Of a stretch of 62,452 nucleotides of DNA, positions 18,580-27,611 are shown in pieces. A program made the position numbers and the translations under genes. The notes beneath the pieces were generated by a model. The model saw only the letters and a list, made by a program, of their open reading frames with translations. It was not told the DNA's origin and did not search any database. Position 1 is the first letter of the stretch, and each line of letters starts with the position of its first letter. This DNA is from Nitrospirales bacterium (GTDB lineage Bacteria; Nitrospirota; Nitrospiria; Nitrospirales; UBA8639), in assembly GCA_009377845.1 (NCBI GenBank), contig WHTE01000001.1, positions 1-62,452 on the forward strand, read 5' to 3'.

Positions 18580-20241
18580 TTAAAGAGTTTTTAGATATTC
18601 AATAAGGTCCCATCGCTCACTTTCCGATAGCGAAGGGCCAATCACACCATTTTGACGTGGACCGTCACGAAATTCATGCCCGGCATTCGAATTGCCTGGG
18701 AGTGTCGTGTCAAATTTAAAATCTGTAGCATCCTTCTTTTCAGTTTCATAACCAACATGTGCGGGGTCAAAGTCAGAATGGCCTACGTAAAAAACATTCT
18801 CGCGTTCTTCTAAGGGTGATAAGAGTTGGTATAAATTGGGGATCGAACCATTGTGCAGATATGGGGCCAATGCCCACACTCCGCTATGCGGCCGTGCAAT
18901 ATAGGCCAATGGAGCTTGTATTCGATTTTGACGGTATCCATTCCAAGAATCCTGCTGGTGTTCTGGGATGGCCTGTTCGAGATATTGCTTGGCCATAATT
19001 TGGGACGTGAGATATTCAGCTGTATCTGCAACAGTCAACAAGCCCCAACCCAGGGGACCAGTGTTCACTGTGCGGCTGTGAAAGTTGGTCGCGGATAAAG
19101 GATCGGTTCCGATTTCGTTCAAAGGGATTAAATGAACGCTTTTGAAGCGTTGCCCGTTTTTATTGGGAATGGTCAGATTTGGTACATGACAATGGGCGCA
19201 ATGTTGCTCATACAGTTTAGCTCCCCGACCGGCTTTTTCCTGGTTAAGAGGCTTCCCAAATATCTGAGAAGGCCAGACCGGAGGCCGAAGTGATTGAACA
19301 ATTTCCTCGATCGCGGCTAAATCCTTTATGCTCACACTTGTTCTAAACTGATCATTATTCGGTTCTAATATTAAATTGGCGTTTTGCCCAATAGCCTGTA
19401 AAAGATTGCGTCCTAGGGGCTGCATGATTGAGCCATTCCATTGAACCCAATTCAAAGTCCAGGTATTCCAAATTGCAGGAAAACTGACAGGGGCATTAGC
19501 TGAACGTAAGTTACTCCTATCCAATTGTAGAAGAACGGAATTTCCACCTCGTCCGAGTGCATCCAATCGTCCCGATCCCCAATTGGTAGGGTAAAGTTCT
19601 ATCTGTAGACTTTCGGCAACCTTTTGGGGTACCTGTTGTAGCCTTAAAAAATTCTTTACAGTTTTTTTCAAAATTTCCCTTGAATGTTCATTATATTGGT
19701 CTTTTAGAACAGCCTTCGAAAATCGGTAAAACTTCTCCTCATCCGAATGTTCTCCGACAAGAACATCTAGCCCACTGGCAATTTTTTCGGCAAAAACCAT
19801 CGCATCAAATAAAGATGGACCACCATCGATTCTGATTGTTTGATCGTTGTAAGAAATTTCGCTTGTGTGACACGCAGCACAGGTCAAGCCAACCCACGTT
19901 TCCTTGCCGATCGAATCATATGTCTTGGCAAACCCTACTGGAAGCCGGTCGGAGTTTTTCAAGGGGTTGTGATCTGGAATGATACCAAGTTGCCTAAGGT
20001 TATCATCATCGAGGAATCGATTAATATTTTTAGCTTGCTCCAGCGCAAGGAACCATGAATAAGGAAGCAATCTTGTACCTTGTGGAGCATGATAAAAGTT
20101 TTGCCGTATGCCCTCATTGAAACCTTGCTCTAAATAATGAATTTCATTCTTTTGGCCTAAAGTTATTCCACACCACAACAACCCGAGAAGAACGGTTAGA
20201 ATAAAAATTAATAAAAGGCGGGTGATTCGAGGACACATCAT
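18580..20241 (-). CDS. Second RoxA-like di-heme cytochrome c with signal peptide
   Basis: CAACH and CAHCH; GRLDALG, APVSFPAIW, IGTDP, WALAPYLHNGSIPNL, GNSNAGHEF; start at ATG 20241/20238 or TTG 20253. Confidence 0.85.
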   Translation of the reverse strand: MMCPRITRLLLIFILTVLLGLLWCGITLGQKNEIHYLEQGFNEGIRQNFYHAPQGTRLLPYSWFLALEQAKNINRFLDDDNLRQLGIIPDHNPLKNSDRLPVGFAKTYDSIGKETWVGLTCAACHTSEISYNDQTIRIDGGPSLFDAMVFAEKIASGLDVLVGEHSDEEKFYRFSKAVLKDQYNEHSREILKKTVKNFLRLQQVPQKVAESLQIELYPTNWGSGRLDALGRGGNSVLLQLDRSNLRSANAPVSFPAIWNTWTLNWVQWNGSIMQPLGRNLLQAIGQNANLILEPNNDQFRTSVSIKDLAAIEEIVQSLRPPVWPSQIFGKPLNQEKAGRGAKLYEQHCAHCHVPNLTIPNKNGQRFKSVHLIPLNEIGTDPLSATNFHSRTVNTGPLGWGLLTVADTAEYLTSQIMAKQYLEQAIPEHQQDSWNGYRQNRIQAPLAYIARPHSGVWALAPYLHNGSIPNLYQLLSPLEERENVFYVGHSDFDPAHVGYETEKKDATDFKFDTTLPGNSNAGHEFRDGPRQNGVIGPSLSESERWDLIEYLKTL

Positions 20242-20729
20242 TCTTCTCTGCAAAATTTAGAGAATGATTTCCAATTAGGTAGAATCTGTCAGTAATTCCG
20301 AATAACGTGTAATCGTCTCTGCCCGCACAATTTGTGCCAGAAACTATGCACCTATTGAGTGGCCTCCAATAATGTAAAAGTTTAATAAAGATTCCCGCCG
20401 CAAGCAGCGGGGTATTCAAAGGATCAATTGTTTTCAGTTCTCATAAGGTAATCCCGTAGCAAGTCACGGGGAATTGAAAGAAATTAAAATTTCATTTTAT
20501 AATTTAAAATTTGATTGAATGGTTTTTACTTTTTTATCCAAAAGGATACATCTAGTATCTAAAGGGATACATTCTTCACAAGTTATCTAATTCGTGCATT
20601 CGAAATTTTTTAGACCAAGTTTTTAGATTTGAACATTTAAACTTTCTTCATTCCATAGTGCTGAATCTTTTGCTGGACTACCGACATTTTGATGAGCTAT
20701 TTCAGGGCTAGTTCTTTAACATTACGATG

Positions 20730-21089
20730 TTAGTCATGGAAGCTATCGCTCTCTGCTGCCGCAAAAACAACTCCCATCTTGTCGGGATAGGGATTTTCAA
20801 ACTGCTGGGTCACCTGAGCCCGCGCAAGAAGCCCGCTGACCTGAATGGACACATCGGTATGTTTAAGAGGAAAGGCCTGCGTCGCCCTCCCTTCAGGGTC
20901 TAGCCCTACCAGGTTTCCGGATTGCTCTCCACTCGCCCAACCTTCATTGGGAGGGGCACTGGCATGGGCCACCGAGAAAGAATGCGTTCCCGTCCCGAAA
21001 AACTCCGCTCCCACGAGCGCCAACAACCCCCCCAACCCGCCTCCAACCACCAACCCCCACCATCGTTTCCTGCCACTTACAGCCTTCAT
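20730..21089 (-). pseudogene. Truncated duplicate of the VIT-vWA gene 5' end (intact signal/anchor, breaks off after ENPYPDK)
   Basis: RBS AAGGAGGAG, ATG 21089; APPNEGWASGEQSGNLVGLD...QAFPLKHTD...ARAQVTQQFENP matches the 12209-14641 product; 15 unrelated residues then a stop. Confidence 0.85.
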
Positions 21090-21163
21090 GTTTCTCCTCC
21101 TTGTTTGTGGCGGCCCCATGCCGCTTCACAGGAGGGTATGGCAGGACTTTTTGAATCCTTTCA
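20779..21163. repeat. Direct repeat copy 2 (VIT gene upstream region plus 5' coding end)
   Basis: Diverged homolog of 14334-14715. Confidence 0.9.
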
Positions 21164-21272
21164 GGGGAGAAAGACGCTTTTTGTAAATTATATTGAATTA
21201 TTCATTTACAGAGGTGATAATAAATTCCGGCAACAAGGAAAACCGGCCTGGCAAGGAAAGGAGAACGGAATT

Positions 21273-21539
21273 ATGGCATCAGAAAACGTCAACGTCAGAG
21301 TGACAGGAGATCTTCGCAATCATCTCCAACAACAGATTGGCCAATATGGGTTGTATGAGAATGCGAGCGAATATATTCGAGACCTCATCCGACGGGACCT
21401 TAAGGACCGGAAAACCGCTTGGGAGTGGCTACGCCAAGAGTTAGAACCAGGCCTCAGAGCATATGAAAGTCAATTTATTCAAGTGACTGCTGCCGATGTG
21501 ATTAGACGAAATACCAAATCCAAGAAGGCTAAGCCCTAA
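21273..21539 (+). CDS. ParD-like (RHH/CopG) antitoxin
   Basis: RBS AAGGAG, ATG 21273; NVNVRVT strand, GLYENASEYIRDLIRRD; stop overlaps the toxin start. Confidence 0.85.
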   Translation: MASENVNVRVTGDLRNHLQQQIGQYGLYENASEYIRDLIRRDLKDRKTAWEWLRQELEPGLRAYESQFIQVTAADVIRRNTKSKKAKP

Positions 21540-21892
21540 TGGCTGGCTATCGATTTTTCCCCGCGGCGGATAAACGGCAGGATGAAATTTGGAGATATAC
21601 CCACGAACAATGGGGTGAGGACCAGGCTAAAAAATACATTCGGGGTTTGCACGATCACCTACAAAAACTTGCCAACAAAGACATCCCATGGCATCCGCTT
21701 CCCACAGGCCTGCTTGTACCATCAGATTTAAACCTTTCGATCTTTTTTAGCCGTTACGAAAAGCATTACGTTTTTTTCCGGGAACTCTCCAGCAACGACA
21801 TTGGCGTGATCAGCATTCTCCATGGAGCGATGCAGATCCCCGTTCGCTTGAATGAGGATTTGGAGAGAATTCTGAAAAAAGAAGAGGAATAG
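21539..21892 (+). CDS. ParE/RelE-family toxin
   Basis: AADKRQDEIWRYTHEQWGEDQAKKY...KHYVFFR...ISILHGAM. Confidence 0.88.
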   Translation: MAGYRFFPAADKRQDEIWRYTHEQWGEDQAKKYIRGLHDHLQKLANKDIPWHPLPTGLLVPSDLNLSIFFSRYEKHYVFFRELSSNDIGVISILHGAMQIPVRLNEDLERILKKEEE

Positions 21893-22143
21893 ATTTTGCG
21901 ATGCATTAAAGTTGGACCACAACTTCCAAATCTCTATCTATTAGGATGGAATGCAAATAAAAGAATCTATTAGGGCAGTTTGTCGATCGAAATCGATAGA
22001 GCGGGATTTTGGGCAAATATCAGATACTAAAGCTCCACTCTGATGGGGTTCAGTTAGGACTTGGGGGGGATCTTCAGTCCAGATAACCAGATCGGCTGCT
22101 TCTTCAAATTCAGTTATCGTAGGTAATTCCTTTCTTATCATGT

Positions 22144-23607
22144 CTATTCCACTAGTGGAATCTCCACACAAAGCGGATTTTCTTTTACTAGTGTAGGTTG
22201 AACCACAAATACCGCACCATCTATGCGTTCAATCAAAATCCCATCCGTGCCCACTTCGCTCCCAAGCCATTGGCTCAGATCATCGAGAGGATTGGATGAG
22301 AGCAACACTGTTATTACAGAAACAACGGGTTTTCCTAATGCATTGGTCAACTGACCGAGTGAAAATTCCACACGTTGGAATGATTTCACTTTGATCCCCT
22401 CGTCGGTTTTTCCTGTTTTGCCGGGGTCAATCGGTACCAGCTGCTGCCACTTGCCATTGCCAAACGATGCCAGCACGTAGAGATAACCGGACATGTTGGA
22501 TTCAACGGCTAATCGGATTTCGGACCAATTTCCGATGATCTGCCGGATCTCCACTTCCTCATCCTCGCCGTCTTTCGTGTGCTGAACAAAACTGTATCGA
22601 ATCCCCATAGCAGACTGACTGACGGATTCTGAAACCGAGGCTTGTCCTCTCACCTCTGCCGATCGTTTCCCCTTGACAGACGGCTTGACCTCCAACCGCA
22701 ATGTTCCACTGGGCACTTGTTGGTCCGTATCTTTTCTCACAGGAATCAGTTCATCACCTAACGATGCACTCGCCGCATAAAACAGTTCTTGGGCGCTCGG
22801 AGGTGATAGGGGTGCCTCCTTTACAGCTTGGTCAGCAAGTCTGCCAGGGTCTGAAGCCTGTGGGGCCATATCTGGCATTGCCACTTCAGGGGTCTCAGGA
22901 ACCACTAAGGGCTGAACCGACGGTTCGAACTGTGGCCGACTTGATGCTGAAGATGGTGGCGGTGTTTGCGCGACTTGTTCTTTTCCTCTTTCCCGGCGGA
23001 TTGATTGACTCTTTTCTCTAGCGTGACTCTCCTTTTTGGCCACGGCTGGAGTTTGCCTGAGCCGGTCGACCTCGTTGGTCTCTACCCGTGAGGCTGGTTC
23101 AGGGATGGATTGAGGTTCCGCCTCAATCCCCTCTGTCTGAGCTGCTTTTCTCTCCAAGGCTTCCTTCTGTAGGGGTGCCTTCCCCTCCTCAGGAGGTTTC
23201 TGTGCCCGAAATACGACTTCGTCTCTTGAGGAGGATGATCTCGCCGCTTCCTGCTCCTGACTGACCGCCGGTCCCCATTCTTTTTCCATTTGCCAGCCAA
23301 AGATGAGCACTAATCCCAGGGCCGCAAGACTCCCCCCCCACGCAAGGTGGGAGGGTTCCCGGAACCAGCCCCACCATCCGGCCCGATCCCTGGTAACACC
23401 ACCGGAATGGTCTTTTGTCTGTAGACTAGCCAGAATGCGCTGACGGGCCTTAGGATCGGCGAGCATGGTTTTTAAGGCTTCTTCATCGGCCAGGGCGTCA
23501 AACAGGGTCTGATCGTGAAGGACAGCCTCGAATAATTCTCGCTTTTCTTCGTCGGTCAGCGTATTGGTGGCATACCCACCAAGCAGATGTTCCAAGGATT
23601 TAGCCAT
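22144..23607 (-). CDS. Putative anti-sigma factor (N-terminal helical domain, TM, low-complexity linker, DUF4384-like C-terminal domain)
   Basis: LLGGYATNTLTDEEKRELF N-terminus, single TM, IRLAVESNMSGYLYV; immediately downstream of an ECF sigma gene. Confidence 0.65.
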   Translation of the reverse strand: MAKSLEHLLGGYATNTLTDEEKRELFEAVLHDQTLFDALADEEALKTMLADPKARQRILASLQTKDHSGGVTRDRAGWWGWFREPSHLAWGGSLAALGLVLIFGWQMEKEWGPAVSQEQEAARSSSSRDEVVFRAQKPPEEGKAPLQKEALERKAAQTEGIEAEPQSIPEPASRVETNEVDRLRQTPAVAKKESHAREKSQSIRRERGKEQVAQTPPPSSASSRPQFEPSVQPLVVPETPEVAMPDMAPQASDPGRLADQAVKEAPLSPPSAQELFYAASASLGDELIPVRKDTDQQVPSGTLRLEVKPSVKGKRSAEVRGQASVSESVSQSAMGIRYSFVQHTKDGEDEEVEIRQIIGNWSEIRLAVESNMSGYLYVLASFGNGKWQQLVPIDPGKTGKTDEGIKVKSFQRVEFSLGQLTNALGKPVVSVITVLLSSNPLDDLSQWLGSEVGTDGILIERIDGAVFVVQPTLVKENPLCVEIPLVE

Positions 23608-23609
23608 TA

Positions 23610-24160
23610 TTAAACTCTCTCCCCCGGTTTTCCCTTTGTGCCTTCACTGATCCGAGGAATGCCGTCCCAACGTCCTCCCATGAGAGCGAGAAGCTGTTTT
23701 CGACAGCGGGAATCCCATGTATAAATGGTGTTGATGGAAACTTCCCCAAGTATCTGTTGAATTTCCGGAAAAGTGTGCCCCTGGAGCTTCAACCGGAATA
23801 ATTCCCGGCAGCGCTCACCCAGTTGCTGAAGCGCTTCGATCAATAGACTCACCCGCTCCTTCTGCTCCGCTTGGATCGACGGATCGCCTTCACAATCTGC
23901 TACAGGCCGGTCATCAATTGATTCTTGATTGTATTCCCCGCGCCGCAACGTTTTTCGATGGAGATCCAACATTTTGAACCGAAGAATTTGAAACGACAAG
24001 GGGACCAGTTCGGTCAGTTCCGTGACTTGAGAATATTTCTCGTGCAACACCATGAGGACCTCTTGGGCCAAATCTTCGGCCCCACCTCCCTTGATCCACG
24101 AGATGTCGCAAAGGCCACAATCCTTTCACGGATCTGCCCCATGATTTGATTACGGGTCAT
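23610..24160 (-). pseudogene. ECF sigma factor, frameshifted near 24080-24083
   Basis: ATG 24160 gives MTRNQIMGQIRERIVAFATSRGSREV; the region-2 motif AEDLAQEV and region 4 (LGERCRELFRLK..GHTFPEI..NTIYTWDSRCRK) lie in another frame (89-nt offset); the shift falls in a G4 run. Confidence 0.75.
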
Positions 24161-24438
24161 GGCCGGGTGCCCCCTTCCCGTTGTTCATGAACAGACCATC
24201 TAACGTCTGGATTCAATTTGCAATGGAAATCTCGTCGGATTGGGCTAATCCAGAAAAGCCACCCAATTTTTATGGGAGGGGTGCCCTCGTGATTCCTGAA
24301 GCTTTTGCGTATTGTACCAGTCGACTCTGATAAGAGTGGCAAAGCGCTAAAGAGCTTCAGAATCTATGTTGGCTTTTTTCAGCAGAGAGGCTTATGCACA
24401 AAAACTGCCTGCTAGCACCTCGGGAAATGTTTCTCGCG

Positions 24439-24918
24439 TCAAAGTGATGTCAAATATGCCGCAATAAACAGCACGGCCAGGCTCAGACCTAAAATGGTTC
24501 GTTGCACCCATACAACTTTACCGGAAAACATGAATGGCTGCGCGTTTTCCATTTTGCCTTTTGCCGGGGCACCATAGGGATCGAGGATAAGGTCATGAAC
24601 AAAAATAAGTCCTCCCACGATAGCGAAAACAAAGAGCTTGAGCATCATGATTAAGCCCCAACTGGTTTCAAGACGGGCCGATCCGCTCTCATCCAACAAC
24701 TGAGACGCTCCGGTAAAGACCAGTACCATTAAACTCACCCAACCCACCGTTTTAAATCGTTGTCCGACTTTTTTGACCATCTCCATCGCTTCCATCGACA
24801 GTGGCTTGGCTTTGCCTTCAGTCAGACTCGGCCTGACCACGAGCTGAACAAACATCCATCCGCCGATGAAGGTGATGGCAGCCAATAAATGAATCCATGT
24901 GACGACATAGGCGGGCAT
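24439..24918 (-). CDS. CopD/DUF4149-like membrane protein
   Basis: WIHLLAAITFIGG, four TM helices, LKL...VHD. Confidence 0.6.
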   Translation of the reverse strand: MPAYVVTWIHLLAAITFIGGWMFVQLVVRPSLTEGKAKPLSMEAMEMVKKVGQRFKTVGWVSLMVLVFTGASQLLDESGSARLETSWGLIMMLKLFVFAIVGGLIFVHDLILDPYGAPAKGKMENAQPFMFSGKVVWVQRTILGLSLAVLFIAAYLTSL

Positions 24919-25139
24919 ATTTTTTCTCTCCTACATTTTTTTGTTCATGGCTCATACCCTGCCATGATACCCACTGGAACAGGGAAAGATCACTAAAGAA
25001 ATTGTTGTATTCTTTCGTCCCCTGACCGGATTAGAATATGATTTTGTCAACAGCCTTGGGAAGTCATGATGGCCTATCCGATGGCTTTCATTTCACACCA
25101 TCTCATTCCTGATGTCTCCCATGACTAGAGGGGCATGCG

Positions 25140-25805
25140 ATGAAGAATCAATTTTCCCTATTCCCGAACTCTTCCAGGACAGTTGGCCTGGGGCTTCTTA
25201 GTCTGTTAAGCCTTGTTGGATTCGGCGCCATTGACTCCTCATGGGGGGCGGAAGAAGACAAGGAGCGGTGGAATAAGAAATATGAGATCGAGACATATGT
25301 GTTTGGACGTGACCCCATCCCGTTTTTGAAGGACCACGTCGACCTTCTCCCCAAAGGGGCTGCCCTGGACTTGGCCATGGGTGAAGGGCGCAACGGTGTC
25401 TTTTTGGCCACAAATGGCTTTCAGGTCACCGGAGTCGATATTTCAGAGGCGGGTTTCAAAAAAGCTCAAGCCCTCGCGGCCGAGAAAGGGGTGACGTTGA
25501 CCACCGTGGTTGCGGATCTGGAACAGTACTCTATTCCTTCCAATGCCTTTGATGTCATCATCTGCACTTATTACCTGCAACGGGATCTGTTCCCAAAAAT
25601 TGCCACGGCTTTGAAACCAGGCGGGATGGTCTTGATCGAAACCTATACGGTGGATCATTTGCTATACCGCCCAAAATTTAATAGGGCGTTCCTATTGGAG
25701 CGGAATGAATTATTGACGGTGTTCCCTGGCCTGCGGGTGTTGCGCTATCAAGAGGTCGATACCGGGGATGCGGCCTTTGCCAGTATCCTGGCCCAAAAAT
25801 CTTAA
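25140..25805 (+). CDS. Class I SAM-dependent methyltransferase (TehB-like) with a signal-peptide-like N-terminus
   Basis: ERWNKKY, ALDLAMGEGRNG, GVDIS, LKPGG. Confidence 0.85.
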   Translation: MKNQFSLFPNSSRTVGLGLLSLLSLVGFGAIDSSWGAEEDKERWNKKYEIETYVFGRDPIPFLKDHVDLLPKGAALDLAMGEGRNGVFLATNGFQVTGVDISEAGFKKAQALAAEKGVTLTTVVADLEQYSIPSNAFDVIICTYYLQRDLFPKIATALKPGGMVLIETYTVDHLLYRPKFNRAFLLERNELLTVFPGLRVLRYQEVDTGDAAFASILAQKS

Positions 25806-25842
25806 ATTAACGGCGGAGCGTTCCTGCCTTGTCCCTCTGAAA

Positions 25843-25928
25843 AGATTCCTGCCTAAAACTTGCCGGGATGGATGACAGAAGGGAAACTTCTCTCCGTCGT
25901 CATTCCTGGGGGCCTTTGGCAGGAATCT
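25843..25928. repeat. Pair of inverted REP-like units or a terminator hairpin
   Basis: GATTCCTGCC...ATGAC and GTCATTCC...GGCAGGAATC are complementary. Confidence 0.45.
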
Positions 25929-26064
25929 CCTTACATCCTATCCCTCTATCCATTACCCCTCACTCCTCACTTTTTACGGAATAGGTTGCCGCTGGCAAGA
26001 ATATTGGGGTACCCTTGCAGCTTCGTTTTGACATTTTGACTACACATGTAGCGAATAGAAACCC

Positions 26065-27582
26065 ATGACTGAAACCACCACATCTCAACCCACTGCCGAT
26101 ACCTGGACAGGAGTCAGCCCCCAGGTCTTGGAGGGGGACATCCTCAATCAACGGGCCTGGCGCATGCCGGATATTGTGATTTATCAGCATGCCCCTGAAG
26201 AATGGTGGGTGGCCCCGCTTGATGAAGAATTACCCCTGATTCGCCTCAACCGCATGGGTGCAGCCTTGCTCGGCGCGATGGACGGCCGTATGACCATTGG
26301 CGCGCTCCTCAATCAGTATGGGAAATGGGTCTGCAGTCCGACCCAACAAAACGGCCGCTGGCATTTAGAACGGTGGGCCCAAGCACGGTTTTCGTTAGCC
26401 TACTATGGGACCGAACCGCCCAGCGGACACAGTGCAGAGGCGAAATGGGATTTGTTACTTCAAAAAGTGCGTGAAGGATGGCATCAAAATGTCAAAACTG
26501 AAACCGAAGACCATCTTTCTAAATTTCACGTCCAGGGCATTCAAGGACCTCACGGGCATTTTGAAATTATCGAAACCACCGTCTCCCATTTATTCCGCGA
26601 ACCCTGCGAAGCGATGAATGGGCTCACCTATGGGCGGCTGCTCGGCAAAACCATGCGGCAAATGGGCTGGCTCTCTCCCAAGCCCAAACGCATTGTGGAA
26701 GTTGGTGCAGGTCTGGGTTATGTCTCAAAGGAACTGGCAGGAGAACTCACTGCCGAGGAACTAAAAGACATCCAGTACACCTTTCTCGATCTGACCGGTC
26801 CATTTCTGGGTTCCCAAACGTCCCTGGCTCGAAAAGCGGGATGGACAGCAACTGCCATTCAAGCCAATGCCGAACGGATGCCCTTGACAGACCATTCCGT
26901 CGATTTGTTAATCGATAATGAAAATCTCGCCGACATGACGCCCGTCCAATTCACAAGCGACGAACTCCTCATGTTTAAAGCTGGGAATCCGCTACATGAG
27001 GAGGCCTTGGACCTCATCCGGCGCATGCGCCTTCCCCTCTTACCGCCCTTTCCCGACGAGGTCATTTTCAATTTCGGGGCCATTCAATTTCTTCAAGAAG
27101 TCTGGAGGGTCCTGAAGCCGGGCGGACGCGCCATCCTGATCGAATTCGGCATCGAACATGATTGGCCCTCTCCCGTCAGACTGCCCGGTCACACCGAATA
27201 TGAAGTACAATTCAGCCATCTTCGCCATACCGCCAAATGGCTTGGCTTCCGGGAGCAGTATTGCACCCTGCCGCAATTGCTGGGGATGAAACGGGATACC
27301 CAAGTGCTCTGTACGGGCGCGGCTTATACCTTGCGCCGGTTTTGCCGGGAACTTCAGAAACCCTTTTCCGTCCGCGCCTACACCGAAAAAGAATTGGGAA
27401 AGGCGCTCGGCGAGTTGCTCCCTAAACTCACCGGACTACATTACCACAACGTCTTAGACCCGGCCTGGTTTGGCCTGTGGGACTTCAAGGTTCTTCTGGT
27501 GGAAAAACCCGGTGGCCTGAGCATCGGCCAGCAACCGGCCTTCAAAGAATCCGGCGGCTTCCGCTGGTACACCCAACGGTAA
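26065..27582 (+). CDS. SAM-dependent methyltransferase with an N-terminal PqqD/RRE-like domain
   Basis: IRLNRMGAALLGAMDGRMTIGALL (PqqD-like winged helix); IVEVGAGLG, FLDL, ANAERMP, VWRVLKPGGR. Confidence 0.7.
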   Translation: MTETTTSQPTADTWTGVSPQVLEGDILNQRAWRMPDIVIYQHAPEEWWVAPLDEELPLIRLNRMGAALLGAMDGRMTIGALLNQYGKWVCSPTQQNGRWHLERWAQARFSLAYYGTEPPSGHSAEAKWDLLLQKVREGWHQNVKTETEDHLSKFHVQGIQGPHGHFEIIETTVSHLFREPCEAMNGLTYGRLLGKTMRQMGWLSPKPKRIVEVGAGLGYVSKELAGELTAEELKDIQYTFLDLTGPFLGSQTSLARKAGWTATAIQANAERMPLTDHSVDLLIDNENLADMTPVQFTSDELLMFKAGNPLHEEALDLIRRMRLPLLPPFPDEVIFNFGAIQFLQEVWRVLKPGGRAILIEFGIEHDWPSPVRLPGHTEYEVQFSHLRHTAKWLGFREQYCTLPQLLGMKRDTQVLCTGAAYTLRRFCRELQKPFSVRAYTEKELGKALGELLPKLTGLHYHNVLDPAWFGLWDFKVLLVEKPGGLSIGQQPAFKESGGFRWYTQR

Positions 27583-27611
27583 GGTCAGGGCACCTTCGGT
27601 CTCCACCCTTC

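Noticed and set aside
14716-20778. Integron cassette array or prophage/ICE origin for the AT-rich island
   Set aside because: No convincing attC core and inverse-core pairs, integrase, tRNA attachment site or phage genes were seen.
20922-21272. N-terminal 117 aa of the 205-aa track ORF as an extended antitoxin
   Set aside because: It is the antisense of the VIT duplicate; the RBS supports a start at ATG 21273.
21941-22171. 76-aa minus-strand ORF after the anti-sigma gene
   Set aside because: No motif or clear RBS, and it overlaps the upstream gene end; it cannot be supported.
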